Source: Candidatus Bathyarchaeota archaeon
GTDB taxonomy: Archaea; Thermoproteota; Bathyarchaeia; 40CM-2-53-6
Length of the DNA stretch: 64,000 bases
Direction of reading: 5' to 3'
NCBI GenBank assembly: GCA_963780265.1
Contig: CAWABQ010000010.1
Span: forward strand, 32,288-96,287
Below the pieces are notes generated by a model that worked only from the letters and a program-made list of their open reading frames with translations, was not told the DNA's origin and did not search any database. Shown here piece after piece: positions 50,734-62,815 of this stretch. The position numbers and the translations under genes are program-made. Each line of letters starts with the position of its first letter. The stretch's first letter is position 1.

Positions 50734-50865
50734 CAATAACACCCTGCTTATTTCAACATTGGCTAGCCCTTTTACTGCCCTGGTTCGATATAACGGAGAG
50801 AGTAGGATGAAAGTACGGAAAAAACACTTGAAGCAACTTATCGTTAGTAGCGTGGGAGTTTGCAA

Positions 50866-51635
50866 ATGGGTCTTTCAGTGAAGGTTGATCCTCCGATATC
50901 TGAAGCGGCGGAAATTCTTGAGAAGGCATTCAGGGCGAGAAGTTTGCGCTCATAATAGGTAACTGTAGGGTCGACTACGAGGGGCGCGCTTCGTCAACGT
51001 TGGAATGGGGCGAGAGAATAGCGATGGTAAAACAAGATGGTTCGGTGCTGGTTCACAGGCCTACGGGTTACGAGCCCGTCAATTGGCGACCACCAAAATG
51101 CGTCGTCAAAGTCAAACTTAACGACGCTGGACTCGTGGTCAGTGCTTCACGCTCCCAACCTAGAGAGAATGTTTCCATAGAATTCAAGGAAATTCGCCTG
51201 ACGGCAACTGGAACACTCGCTGATTCTGGGGAATTCGCGCTGCACGTGACTGAGGAGCAGATGAAGCAGGCGATCCTCACCGCGCCTGACCTCGTAGAAA
51301 ATGGCCTAAAACCACTTCAGCAGGAGAAGAGTTTGGGCGAAGCTGGCTTCACGGATATTTTCGCAGAAGACAGGAATGGTAGGCTCGTTGTTGTGGAAAT
51401 CAAACGGAATGCAGCGTCAAAGGATGCGGTTTTGCAACTTGAAAGGTACCTCGAGACGCTCAGAAAAAAGGTCAACAGGCCTCTAAGGGGCATCGTAGTG
51501 GCTCCTGAGCTTCGCAAGAGCGCGCAACCGCTCCTAGATAGCCTGAAGCTAGAGTATGTGAGGCTCGCGCCAGAGAAATGCTTCGGCGTGCTGAAGAGCC
51601 GCAGAGACATGAAACTAAGCCACTTCATGACCTAA
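50866..51635 (+). CDS. nucS: Mismatch endonuclease NucS/EndoMS (indel near 50947)
   Basis: C.VDYEGRA.S, KQDGSVLVH, PVNW.P, VVVEIKR, QLERY. Confidence 0.92.
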
Positions 51636-51723
51636 GGGTGGGGGTTGTTCTGCCCAAAGCTTAGGGTTGGGGCAACCTTATTTAGAGTAAAAGAGAAGCT
51701 TGCGCACCAATTCAGTGATGCAT

Positions 51724-51969
51724 ATGGAGCCTTCTAGGAAACCTCTCAACTTACTCGTGAAGAAAATCAACGGCGAAGTCAACATTAGGCTAAAGAACGA
51801 TGTGGAATACCACGGCAAAATGATAGACGCTGACGCCCACATGAACATTATTCTGGAAGGCGCGACAGAGTACCGAGGCAACTCTCCGACAGCCAATTAT
51901 GGGAATGTAATACTTCGCGGAAGCAACATCCTCTACATTTGCGTAGACGCCCCCACGAAACAGGCGTAA
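51724..51969 (+). CDS. Sm-like (LSm) protein
   Basis: G.MIDADAHMNIILEGA and YGNVILRGSNILYI Sm motifs. Confidence 0.92.
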   Translation: MEPSRKPLNLLVKKINGEVNIRLKNDVEYHGKMIDADAHMNIILEGATEYRGNSPTANYGNVILRGSNILYICVDAPTKQA

Positions 51970-52034
51970 GGCCACACGGGGCCTTTCTGCTTTGAATGAG
52001 CGCCCTACGCATTTTCGCGGAGGTTAATTAGAGC

Positions 52035-53634
52035 ATGGGCGCCCAGCATGCCTCACCACTCGAAGCCTCGCTCCTATCTGAATTGGCTTCGCGCATAATT
52101 GAAGTCGGAGCAACCGACCCTGATAGCCTCAATAGGGTAAAGTTGGAGTTCTGCAAGAGGCACGAACTCAGTTGGATGCCCCGCAACTCTGACATTCTCA
52201 GCGCCTTGCCGCCGCACATGAAGCAAAAGTTCGGGCCGACTCTGCGGCTGAAGAAAGTGCGCAGCATTTCGGGGGTGAACGTTATTGGAGTCATGAGTTC
52301 ACCGCGCGGCTGCCCGCACGGCCGCTGCGTATTCTGTCCCATGGAGAAAGGGTTCCCTATGAGTTACACCTCAGGTGAACCTGCAGCCATGAGGGGCTTC
52401 CAGTCTGGATACGATCCGTTTCTCCAGATCAGCAGTCGACTTGAGCAGCTCAAAGCCATCGGCCATGTACCTTCGAAGGTCGAGCTTGTCATTCAGGGCG
52501 GCACCTTTTTGGCAGCACCTTTCGACTACCAAGAGCACTTTGTAACCCGATGCCTAGACGCAATTAACGGCGTGAACTCATCGACACTCGAGGAAGCAAA
52601 GTCCCGAGCCGAGGTCAGTGAAGTTCGCAATGTAGGCTTAACCATCGAGACGAAACCTGACTGGTGTAAGCAGCCGCACGTCGACCAAATGCTAAGGTTT
52701 GGGGGCACGCGCGTTGAAATTGGCGTGCAAGTAATCGATGATTACATCTATGCACTTACTAATCGGGGTCACACGGTGGCAGACGTGGCCGAAGCTTTTC
52801 AAATAGCCAAAGACGCGGGCTTCAAGATTGTTGCACACATGATGCCAGGTCTGCCGGGCTCTGACTTTCAGAAGGACCTTGAATCATTCAGGACGCTTTT
52901 CGAGAACCCGCGGTTTCGTCCCGATATGATCAAAATCTATCCTTGCCTCGTCATGGAAGGCACGGAACTGTATGAGTGGTGGAAACGCTGGCCTCTACCA
53001 GCCATACGATGCAGAGCAAGCCGCTGAACTCATCGCCAAGGTAAAGGAGTTCGTTCCGCCCTGGGTCCGGATAATGCGGGTCCAAAGAGAGTTCCCTGTT
53101 CAACTCATTCAATCGGGTGTAATGAAGGGCAACCTTCGTGAACTCGTCGTAAGGCGGTTGAGGGAGAGGGGAAAAAGATGCATGTGCATCCGGTGCCGCG
53201 AGGTAGGCCACAGGATGCTCAAGGAGAAGGTGACCGTTCAACCCGACCGAATTCGCCTTCTAATGCAGGAATACGAAGCGTCTGGGGGAAAAGAGCTGTT
53301 CATCTCCTTTGAAGAACCCGAAGCAGGGGTCCTGATAGGATACTTGCGTCTGAGAATGCCCTCTGAAAAAGCGCACAGGCCCGAGGTTGATGCGGCCAGC
53401 GCAATCATCCGAGAGTTGCACGTATACGGCCCTGAGGTTCCTGTTGGCCTAAGAGATGGGGGTGCTTGGCAGCACACCGGTTTAGGCCGTAAACTGCTAG
53501 CGGAAGCTGAGACAGTGGCAAGGGAACGCGGGGCGAGCAGAATTCTCGTCCTGAGTGCGCTTGGGACGAAGGGCTACTACAAGCGCGCTGGCTACGACTA
53601 TGTCGGCCCCTACATGGGAAAGATGCTGAACTGA
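52035..53634 (+). CDS. elp3: tRNA uridine(34) acetyltransferase Elp3 (indel near 52986)
   Basis: CPHGRCVFCP, SYTSGEP, ETKPD, IRELHVYG, QHTGLG. Confidence 0.94.
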
Positions 53635-53701
53635 CCCTAGAGAAATAGCATAGCTAACGTCTTAAGGGTCTCAGCTTTCCTTTTCCAAAGATTGGACTGA
53701 G

Positions 53702-55061
53702 ATGGCTTTGTCCCACGAGGAATTGTACGGTTATTCCGGCGTCTCACGCGATGTACTGGCAAAGGCAGGCGCACAGATTGGGGATAGACTCAGACTCGAA
53801 GTGAAACGTACTGGCGGTCAGGAGGTTGTGGAAGGGCTTCTCATGCCGCGATACCATTCCGGCCTGGAGGAGAATTATGTCGTCGTGAAGTTAAGGACTG
53901 GATATAATGTGGGCGTCCGAGTTGACGTTGCCACAAAGGTTAGCGTTCTAGGTAAGGGAGAAGCGCCCCATTTCACTCGCCCCGCCCTCCCACAACAGAA
54001 AGCAGGCCTACCGAAGGTATCTATTATCAGCACAGGAGGCACAATCGCCAGTAAAGTCGATTATAGAACTGGGGCCGTGAAACCCGCCCTTGATTCAGAA
54101 GACTTGTACAGTGTAGTCCCTGAGTTGGCAGATCTGGCCACCATTGACGCCAAAGTTTTGCTTAGCGTCTTCAGCGAAAACATAGGGCCACAACAATGGC
54201 CCAAGATCGCAGAGTCGGTCGCAGAGCAAGTTCGCGCGGGGGCGGATGGTGTGGTGATAGCGCATGGAACTGATACTCTCGGTTACACAGCTGCTGCTCT
54301 CAGTTTTGCTTTGCAGGGCATACCGGTGCCCGTTGTATTGGTCGGTTCACAACGTTCGTCCGATCGACCCAGCTCCGACGCGGCGACCAACCTGCTAGCG
54401 GCGACGGCAGTTGCTGGCCAGGCTCCTTTCGCTGAAGTTGTGGTCGCTATGCATGATTGGGTTTCGGATGAGAGGGTCGCCGTCCATAGAGGAACAAAGG
54501 TACGCAAGTGCCACACCAGTAGAAGAGACGCCTTCAGGAGCGTTAACGCTCGTCCCATCGCATATTACGACCTCCTAAATCGAGCCCTCCAACTTAACGG
54601 CCAGAAATACGGAAAGACACAAACGTTCAGATTGGGAAGTTCGCTCCAAGTTCGACCCGAACGTTGCGCTCATAAAATTCCACCCGGGGCTTTCAGTGGG
54701 TATGATTGATTGGGCGACGGCCACGGGCTACAAGGGCATCGTCCTTGAAGGGACAGGACTAGGCCACGTTAGCGACACCTTGTTCCCGGCGCTTGAGAGG
54801 GCGGTAAAGGATGGAATCGTGGTGGGCATGTGCTCTCAATGCATCTGGGGACGGGTGCACATGAACGTCTACTCTACCGGACGGGATTTGCTAAAGATCG
54901 GAGTACTACCGCTAGGTGACATGCTCCCGGAGACAGCACTGGTGAAAATGATGTGGGCTTTCGGCCAAGAAAAGGACCCCGAGAAAGTCAAGAAGATAAT
55001 GATCAAGAGCATTGCAAACGAAATCTCAGACAGACGCACCTTAGAGGCTGCCGTAGAATGA
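53702..55061 (+). CDS. gatD: Glu-tRNA(Gln) amidotransferase subunit D (indel near 54615)
   Basis: TGGTIASKVDYRTG, HGTDT, GSQRSSDRPSSD, GTGLGH. Confidence 0.94.
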
Positions 55062-56964
55062 GCGTTGATTCAAAGGCTCAGCCTAGAATCAAGGTCGGGC
55101 TGGAAATTCACAGGCAACTTGACACGGAGCACAAACTGTTCTGTGCCTGCCCAACCGATTTTGCTGAGTCGGATCCTGAAAAAAAGTTCATGCGCAGGTT
55201 GAGGCCGACGCAAAGTGAGTTGGGCCAAGTCGACCAGGCGGCGCTGTTCGAATTCCACCGCGGAAGAAGTGTAATCTATGAAGAAGACGATGAGACCTCA
55301 TGCCTAGTCGAAATGGATGAGGAGCCACCGGGAAAACTCAACGGAGAAGCTGTTGAGGTATGTTTGACTGCAGCCCTGTTGATGAATGCCAAACCCGTCG
55401 ATGAAATTCATGTGATGCGCAAGGTCGTGATCGATGGCTCTAACACCACAGGGTTCCAACGGACGTGCGTGGTCGCCCTAGACGGAGCGCTAGAGGTTGA
55501 CGGAAAGGAAATTCCAATTCAACAGATTTCATTAGAAGAAGACGCGGCGCGCAAGACCGGTCAATCAAGCGAAACAGTTGGGTATAGGATAGACCGGCTC
55601 GGCGTCCCCTTGATAGAAGTGACAACTGCGCCGGTGATGGATTCCGCGGGCGAAGTCGAGAAGGTTGCATACGCAATAGGCACTATCCTGAGGGCGACGA
55701 GAACAGTGAAGAGGGGTTTGGGAAGCATTCGGCAAGACTTGAACATTTCAACCCCAGGCGGCGCCCTCATGGAAATCAAGGGCGTCCAGGAACTCGATAT
55801 CCTGAGTAAAGTCGTCGAAACAGAAGTCAACCGGCAGCAAACACTGCTTGAAATACGGGATGAACTGGGGCGACCGGCGTGAGTCCAAGTTTACTCGAAA
55901 GGAAATATGGCGATGTCACCGAGGTTTTTGCTGGCTCCAAAGCTCGAATAATGAAGGAAGCAATCTCGAAAGGCGGCGTCGTGGTGGCCGCTAAGCTTCC
56001 CAAATTCAGGGGGCTATTAGGGAAGGAGCTTGCGCCAGGGTTGAGGCTTGGGACGGAACTGTCCAACCGTGCCTCGTTCTGGGCAGGTGTCGGTGGCATA
56101 TTTCACTCCGACGAGCTTCCGGGTTATGGTGTTACGGAAGAGGAAGTCCACCATGTGAAGGACCGGTTGAATGTTGCAGGCGATGATGCTTTTGTCCTGG
56201 TCGCTGACGAGAAGGCTAAAGCAAAAGATGCTTTAGATGCTGTCGTCGACCGAGCCATCGAAGCCATCTCTGGCGTCCCTGAAGAAACGCGCACCGCGAT
56301 GCCTGACGGGACGACGAGATACATGCGGCCTAGGCCGGGCGCCGCTCGGATGTACCCCGAAACCGACGTCCCGCAAACACCCGTCACACAAGAATTAGTC
56401 ACGAAGTTGAAGGCACACCTTCCGGAAACCCCTGAAAGCCTGACCAAACGACTGGTTGATCAATACTCGCTAAACCAAAAACTGTCAAAACAGCTGGTCG
56501 ACTCAGATTACCTTACCCTCTTCGAACAAATAACAGCAACCAGCAAAGTGCCGCCCACATTCATCGCCACCGTGTTGACTGAAAGCTGCAAAAGCCTTGA
56601 ACGTGAAGGTGTACCCGTCCACTCTATCCCAGACAGTAAGATCCAGGGTATCTTCGGATTAGTAGATGAAGGAACGGTCGCCAAAGAAGCTGTTATAGAC
56701 CTGTTGAAGTGGCAAGCGGCGAATCTAACCTCAGATCCGGCTGACGGAATCAAGAAACTGGGGCTAAGAATGTTGACTCAGCGCAAACTTGAGGAGATCA
56801 TCGACCGACACATAGAGAAGAACAGAAAGCTCGTCGACGAAAAGGGGGAAGCGGCTTTCTCATCTCTTATGGGGTCGGTAATGTCCGAGGTCAGGGGATC
56901 TATTGAACCTAAGTTAGTTACCGAGACGTTGAAGAAGAGATTATCCAAAGCGGGTCGAAAATAG
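55058..56964 (+). CDS. gatE: Glu-tRNA(Gln) amidotransferase subunit E (indel near 55873)
   Basis: GLEIHRQL, DGSNTTGFQRT, RQDLNIS, RPRPGAARMYPETD. Confidence 0.95.
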
Positions 56965-56971
56965 GGGTCAA

Positions 56972-57916
56972 TCATTCTAGGAATTGAACGTCATCAATCA
57001 GCCCATCACTGTTCACATCTAATCCGCTGACCACTCGAGCAACCACACTTTGATTCATAGAATTTCCTTTTGCGATTTCGTCAGTGTATTTGATGAATGC
57101 GAGTACTGCCGCTCTCGTGCCCTGATATGTGTTCCCGGCAATGACTATCGTGCGGCATTCCTGATTCATGGGGTTGACGATTGATTGAATTGCTCCTTCA
57201 TCTTCTCCCGCGTAGCTTCTGCCTGAGATTCGCGAGATCATCATATTGTGCCCCGTCAGCTCGTAGGTTATTGGCAAAGATTCATTCACGGCCATTGTGA
57301 CGGTGTTCACCTTTGGCCCGCCGACTAGGATGAGGTTCTGGAGCATTTCCTGTTGCGATATCTCCGTGTCCAGACGCACAATGTTTTCCCGGGTAAGCGG
57401 CAGCAATGAACCCAAGAACAAAGCAAGGTCCGTGGCTCTATCACCGCAACGAGCGCGGCTTCTGAAAACTCCATGAGCATCCGGACTGCCCAGGACAATG
57501 TGGCCGTTCAAGTGGCCGAGGGAAATGAACGGGTCAAGAAGTTTGGACGATGCTTCTGTGAGGGTTTGCTCAGGCGGAGTTTCCTTGAACTTCGTTGCCG
57601 TTCCGAGTTTGGGAATGATCGCTATTGCCTTCTGCTCCGCTCTGTAGTACTTGGCCATCGCTCCCCTTTTCTTGACGGTTCTTTGTAGGTGCACGAATCC
57701 GGTTCGCTCAAGCTCCCTCAGGTGGTAACAGACGACCTGTTCGCTTGTGTTGAAGGCCTCTGCGAGGTCTTTTGCACATTTTTCGTTCGCCGCTAGTTCA
57801 CTTAGTATCCTCCAACGCGTAGGCTGAAGGACGGATTGGGCTATTTTCGGGTCAGAGAAGACACGTGCAGGTACGAGTTGGTCGGAATGCCTTTCCTTTA
57901 GGATCAGGTATGACAT
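56972..57916 (-). CDS. ArsR-type HTH regulator with a C-terminal alpha/beta domain
   Basis: PTRWRILSEL...EQVVCYHLRELERTG; NLILVGGPKVN in the C-terminal domain. Confidence 0.8.
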   Translation of the reverse strand: MSYLILKERHSDQLVPARVFSDPKIAQSVLQPTRWRILSELAANEKCAKDLAEAFNTSEQVVCYHLRELERTGFVHLQRTVKKRGAMAKYYRAEQKAIAIIPKLGTATKFKETPPEQTLTEASSKLLDPFISLGHLNGHIVLGSPDAHGVFRSRARCGDRATDLALFLGSLLPLTRENIVRLDTEISQQEMLQNLILVGGPKVNTVTMAVNESLPITYELTGHNMMISRISGRSYAGEDEGAIQSIVNPMNQECRTIVIAGNTYQGTRAAVLAFIKYTDEIAKGNSMNQSVVARVVSGLDVNSDGLIDDVQFLE

Positions 57917-58103
57917 GGCTGCAGGGTCATTTGATTCCACGATTAATAAAGCCACGTTTTGACCATTAAGGCAATTTTTGCCTATTCGGGACACGTTCTC
58001 AGCGTGGGACGAGTCAACCGTCCTCAATTCATCAAATCCAAAGCACAGGAATGCTTATCACGCAACTCTCGAGAACTCGGCGAATTCTTCGCAAGTGACG
58101 GGC

Positions 58104-59927
58104 ATGTGCGGAATAGCAGCGTGCGTTTTGAAAAACGGCAACGTCGGGCCTGTTCTCTACGATTCCTTGAAGCGGTTAGAGTACCGAGGCTACGACTCGG
58201 TCGGTGAAGCTGCCATCATCGGCGGAAAAATCGTTGTCAAGAAAGACAAGGGAAAGATCGACGAGGTGGAAAAAACACTCCACCTTAGTGATTTGACGGG
58301 CGTCGTAGGGATAGGGCACACACGCTGGGCAACACACGGAAGGCCCGCCCAGGAAAACGCCCACCCCCACACTGACTGCAAAGGTCAGGTAGCCGTCGTG
58401 CACAACGGTATTATCGAAAACTACATGCCGTTAAGGCAAGAACTGGAAGCAGCCGGCCACCAATTCAAATCCAGAACCGATACGGAAGTTGCGGCACACC
58501 TCGTCGAAGAGAACCTCAAATCGGGAGTAGGCTTTGTCGAGGCTGTTAGGTTAGCTGTCAATAAGCTGACGGGCGCGTACGCTCTAGCATTCATATGCTC
58601 ACTCGAGCCTGACAAAGTTGTCTGTGTGAGAAGAGAAAGCCCTCTGGTGATAGGTGCCGGAACCGACGGGAACTATTGTGCTTCAGATATTCCCGCCTTC
58701 CTCTCAAGAACTAAGCTAGCAATCCACCTTGAGGAGGATGAAATGGCCGTCTTGACAGCGGACCACGTGAAATTGTACAAGGTTGACACTGGAGAGGAAT
58801 TATTCAGAGAGCCCTTCAAAGTGGATTGGAGTGTGGAAACAGCCCTCAAAACTGGCTACCCACATTTCATGCTTAAGGAAATTCACGAACAACCGATCAG
58901 CGTGCGTAACGCTCTCAGCACACACCCTATCTATCTCGACCTGATGGCTTCCACGATCAACCGCGCGAAGAAAGTCTTCTTGCTGGCCTGTGGCACCTCC
59001 TTCCATGCATGCCTCGCCGCAGCCTACGCTTTTTCAAATCTCGCCAAGGTCGGGGTAACACCGGTGGTTGCTTCGGAATTCATAGACGGCTACGGCGCCC
59101 TAGTTGACTCGGATACTGTCGTGGTGGCAGTAAGTCAATCCGGCGAAACTTCAGACACACTCACCGCGGTCAGAAGTGCCAAGGACAGAGGCGCAACGAT
59201 CCTCGGAATTAGCAATGTAATGGGCTCTACGCTGACCAGGCTTTCGGACGTTTACATAGGCCAAAATTCAGGACCAGAAATGGGCGTGGCAGCCACAAAG
59301 ACCTTCACAGCACAGGTTTCAATTCTCGTAAAACTCGCACTTGCCCTAGCTAAGAAACGAGAAGTGGTTCAAAAGAGCGAGCTAGAGTTATTGGAAAATG
59401 GTTTCAACCAATTGCCGGAATGGATCTCTACATTCCTATCTACTCAACAGGCTCATGTGAAAAACATCGCAGAGAAATATTCGGACAGGAGAAGTTTTTG
59501 TTTTCTTGGAAGAGGAATGAGTGTTGCAACAGCACTCGAGGGACGCCTGAAACTCCTTGAACTCTCCTACCTTCCCGCAATCGCCTACCCTGCAGGGGAA
59601 TCGAAGCACGGTTTCATCTCAGTCGTAGAAGAAGGTTACCCTGTCATCTTCATTGCCCCGAAAGATGAAGTCTATTCGAAGGTTATCGGCAACGTCATGG
59701 AGATGAAAGCGCGGGGAGCGCAGATTATCGGAGTGGTCGAGGAACAGGACGGGGACATAACGAGTCTCTCCGACGAAAAAATCATTCTCCCAGCCGGAAT
59801 TCCCTCGCTCCTCACGCCAATCGTCTACATCTTGCCACTTCAACTGTTCGCGTACTACATGGCAGTGGGAAAAGGTTACGACCCGGACTTTCCAAGAAAT
59901 CTAGCGAAATCCGTTACGGTGCACTAA
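58104..59927 (+). CDS. glmS: Glutamine-fructose-6-phosphate transaminase
   Basis: MCGI, LEYRGYDS, GHTRWATHG, SQSGET, PRNLAKSVTV. Confidence 0.96.
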   Translation: MCGIAACVLKNGNVGPVLYDSLKRLEYRGYDSVGEAAIIGGKIVVKKDKGKIDEVEKTLHLSDLTGVVGIGHTRWATHGRPAQENAHPHTDCKGQVAVVHNGIIENYMPLRQELEAAGHQFKSRTDTEVAAHLVEENLKSGVGFVEAVRLAVNKLTGAYALAFICSLEPDKVVCVRRESPLVIGAGTDGNYCASDIPAFLSRTKLAIHLEEDEMAVLTADHVKLYKVDTGEELFREPFKVDWSVETALKTGYPHFMLKEIHEQPISVRNALSTHPIYLDLMASTINRAKKVFLLACGTSFHACLAAAYAFSNLAKVGVTPVVASEFIDGYGALVDSDTVVVAVSQSGETSDTLTAVRSAKDRGATILGISNVMGSTLTRLSDVYIGQNSGPEMGVAATKTFTAQVSILVKLALALAKKREVVQKSELELLENGFNQLPEWISTFLSTQQAHVKNIAEKYSDRRSFCFLGRGMSVATALEGRLKLLELSYLPAIAYPAGESKHGFISVVEEGYPVIFIAPKDEVYSKVIGNVMEMKARGAQIIGVVEEQDGDITSLSDEKIILPAGIPSLLTPIVYILPLQLFAYYMAVGKGYDPDFPRNLAKSVTVH

Positions 59928-60043
59928 TCCCTCGGGAACAACCTAACTGTGGCAGCCGAGAACATTTCAAAGGGTTGGAAGGCCCGTCCACAAAGTAATG
60001 AACAGAAGCAAAGTTAGTTCCGTCGACGTTCCAAATCGGCCTA

Positions 60044-60907
60044 TCAGTCTCGAAGGAATTCTCTGAGTGTTTTCAGGTAGTTTTCCTTCTCATCCCACAT
60101 TGTAAGGTGTCCGCTTTTCTCAAAGACTACGAGCGAGGAGCCAGTGATTCCCTTGTGGATGGTTTCCGCGACTTTTGGAGTGACTTCGTCGTACCTGCCC
60201 ACCGTCACCAACGTTGGGACCTTAATCTCCCGCAGCCTTGCGGTTATATCCCAGTCTTTCAGGTTTCCAACGATCGTGAATTCGTTAGGTCCATTCATCG
60301 TCCAGTAAACTGGTATGCTCATATCATTGAATGCACGGGTGACTTCGTCAGGCCATTCTGGTAATCTGCAGACGAAGTTTCTGTAGAAAACCTCAACAGC
60401 CTTGAGGTATTCAGGGTGCAGAAAGGCGTAACGCGCCTCATACTTAGCGAGCGTATCTCGAACATCTTTAGGCAGTGTCGCTTTGAGCCGGTTCATTTCC
60501 GCAACGGTCTCTGGAATACTCGCCATGCCGCCTGCGATAATGAGTTTCTTTATGTTAGTTTGATACTTCAACGCGTACTGTAGTGCTAGCCCCCCACCGT
60601 AAGAACTGCCGAAGAGGTTGACTTTGCCGAGGTTCATAGCCTTCCGGAAACCTTCGACCTCTTCGGCGCCATACTCGATCGTGAAGAGGGATGTGTCCTT
60701 TGGTTTCTCCGACGCCCCGACGCCTAACTGGTCATACATGACCACTTTGAGCTTGTCGTCTCCGAGTTCACCGAGGGACAAAAGATATTGGTGGGTTGCT
60801 CCTGGGCCGCCATGCAAGCAAAGCAGAATTTCCTCTCCAGTTCCGAAGGTTTTGTAGAACAACCTGAATCCCTTTACTTCGACAAACCCGCTTTGTGGAG
60901 AAGTCAT
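60044..60907 (-). CDS. pip: Proline iminopeptidase (tricorn F1-like alpha/beta hydrolase)
   Basis: HGGPG, YDQLG, GSSYGG, MNGPNEF. Confidence 0.88.
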   Translation of the reverse strand: MTSPQSGFVEVKGFRLFYKTFGTGEEILLCLHGGPGATHQYLLSLGELGDDKLKVVMYDQLGVGASEKPKDTSLFTIEYGAEEVEGFRKAMNLGKVNLFGSSYGGGLALQYALKYQTNIKKLIIAGGMASIPETVAEMNRLKATLPKDVRDTLAKYEARYAFLHPEYLKAVEVFYRNFVCRLPEWPDEVTRAFNDMSIPVYWTMNGPNEFTIVGNLKDWDITARLREIKVPTLVTVGRYDEVTPKVAETIHKGITGSSLVVFEKSGHLTMWDEKENYLKTLREFLRD

Positions 60908-61062
60908 GGCCGGATCCTCCGATTACTTAGTACCCTCTCTGGACGGGTCTTAGAATAGCTTTTGTCCCTTCGTCCTTTGAAGTCGCGCGTCATCAATATT
61001 AGCGTGGAATTCTATACCTAAATATTGTGATCTGAATCAAGTGCAGTTGCGGGAGGGCCAGT

Positions 61063-61944
61063 GTGATGGTAAGAAACACTAGGAAGGAGAGACTTGAGAG
61101 GCGTCGGGGAAAGGTGCATTGGTTGGATGTTATCGGATATGGCGCTATTCTCGTTTTCATAATTATTGTAGGGTACTTGGTGGCCCCCACATTTCAGTTC
61201 GGTTTACAGAATCAAACAAGCACTTCAGTTTCTCAGGTTACACGCGCCGCCATAATTGACCAGTTGAGCAGTGTACAGTCCGGTAGCAGCCTGATTTCTT
61301 GGACCGTTGGGACGCTGCAGCAACGGGGAATAGCTGTTGACGTTTTTCTGCCGGGCGATGTGACCGTAGCATTCTACGCCAGCCTAGCCGCCCGCGGATA
61401 CCAATTGATCATATTGCGGGTTCACACGGGCTTAGGCAATGCCGCTAGCCCGATCGGGCTATTCACGAGTGAAACTTACGATCCTAACCGCTATGTGTTG
61501 GAGCAGGCCAATGGTCTGGTGGGGAGCGCTCAAACAGGACCTGGAGCACCAATACTCTTCGCGGTGACGCCCAAATTCATACGTGAAAGCATGCGGGGCA
61601 ACTTCAACGGAGCCATCCTCATCCTAGGCGGATGTTACGGCCTTCAAGGCGGGGACCTCGCGCAAGCCTTCGTCGGCAAGGGCGCGGGAGTCGTAATCGG
61701 TTGGACTGGGCTGGTTGACTTGTCGCATACTGACGTTGCGCTGAAGCAGTTGCTGCAAGATTTTATCGTAAACGGGAAGAACATTCGTGACTCCGTGCAG
61801 GACACCATGGGAGTAGTCGGGCCGGATCCCACCTACAGCAGCGTACTCAACTACTACCCATCAGACCAAGGCAGCGTCAAACTAGCCATGGCGCCGGCGT
61901 GGACTATGAGTCTAGCGTTGCGAGGGCGCAAATCTGAACTCTGA
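61063..61944 (+). CDS. Membrane-anchored protein with a possible caspase/gingipain-like (clan CD) fold
   Basis: N-terminal TM helix; LIILRVHTG and ILILGGCYG; AFVGKGAGVVIGW. Confidence 0.5.
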   Translation: MMVRNTRKERLERRRGKVHWLDVIGYGAILVFIIIVGYLVAPTFQFGLQNQTSTSVSQVTRAAIIDQLSSVQSGSSLISWTVGTLQQRGIAVDVFLPGDVTVAFYASLAARGYQLIILRVHTGLGNAASPIGLFTSETYDPNRYVLEQANGLVGSAQTGPGAPILFAVTPKFIRESMRGNFNGAILILGGCYGLQGGDLAQAFVGKGAGVVIGWTGLVDLSHTDVALKQLLQDFIVNGKNIRDSVQDTMGVVGPDPTYSSVLNYYPSDQGSVKLAMAPAWTMSLALRGRKSEL

Positions 61945-62092
61945 TTTTGTAGACCTTCTGGAATCCGCGTAGACTCTTTTTCTTTTTCTCTGGGGCGGTC
62001 CTCGATGAGCCCTTGTCCCTTCTCAATTTTGCCTACTCGTAAACTGGTAGAAACTCTATTATAAGTAGGTTCGAATTGTCGCTCGAAGAAGC

Positions 62093-62776
62093 TTGGCTGA
62101 TCGCACGTCCGTACAGAAATTGACTGTCACCCTTGCAGGAGCGGGAGTGTTCGCAGCACTCGCAGCAATCTTAACCCTTGCAAAGGCTGCTGTGCCGTTT
62201 CCGCTTATTCCCTACCTTCAAATAGACTTCTCTGAAGTCCCTATTCTAATAGCATTCTTTCTGTTCGGCCCCACAGCCGGCGCGATTGCGGCAGTGATTC
62301 AATGGATATTTTTGAACGTCACCGGCAGCGATGCACCACTAGGTCCAGCGATTAAGTTTGTTGCCGTGATCTCAACGCTCGGAGGTTTGTGGCTGGGGAG
62401 CGAACTATATCGCCGGGTCAAGGGAAACAAGGCTCGCCCGTCCCTAGCGGTATCTATGATCCTCGGGAGCGGTATTCTCTGGCGGGTGGTTGCAATGACC
62501 GTAGTGAATTATGCGGTCCTAGTCTATATTGCGCCTGTTTTCTTTGGCGCAGACTACTTGGGCTTCGCCAAGTTCACGCTGGGGAAGTCGACTGGGTGGC
62601 AATTCGGCACCGAAACAATGGTTCTGACTTACACGCTGCTATTTACCGCGGTGTATAATGTTGTGAACCTTCTCGTCGCCGCCATCCCTGCTGGGTTGAT
62701 CGTTTCACCTATCACGAATTCGTTCAAACACATAACTTCCGTTGACGCTTGGCTCGCTCGAAAGACGCACTCCTAA
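62093..62776 (+). CDS. ECF transporter S component
   Basis: PFPLIPYLQIDFSEVPILIAFFLFGP plus multiple TM helices. Confidence 0.8.
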   Translation: MADRTSVQKLTVTLAGAGVFAALAAILTLAKAAVPFPLIPYLQIDFSEVPILIAFFLFGPTAGAIAAVIQWIFLNVTGSDAPLGPAIKFVAVISTLGGLWLGSELYRRVKGNKARPSLAVSMILGSGILWRVVAMTVVNYAVLVYIAPVFFGADYLGFAKFTLGKSTGWQFGTETMVLTYTLLFTAVYNVVNLLVAAIPAGLIVSPITNSFKHITSVDAWLARKTHS

Positions 62777-62815
62777 GCGTCGTAGTCCAGTTTCCAGAAC
62801 TCTCTCTGGTCCACC

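Noticed and set aside
12907..56964. About 20 frameshifted genes (rps13, rpoD, rpl13, hmgA, egsA, thermosome, radA, nucS, elp3, gatD, gatE and others) read as programmed frameshifting, extra introns or genome decay
   Set aside because: Each break I examined is a 1-2 nt indel, often in a homopolymer or GC run, with no inserted segment or BHB, and many hit essential genes. Uncorrected long-read error is the simplest explanation; short-read polishing would confirm it.
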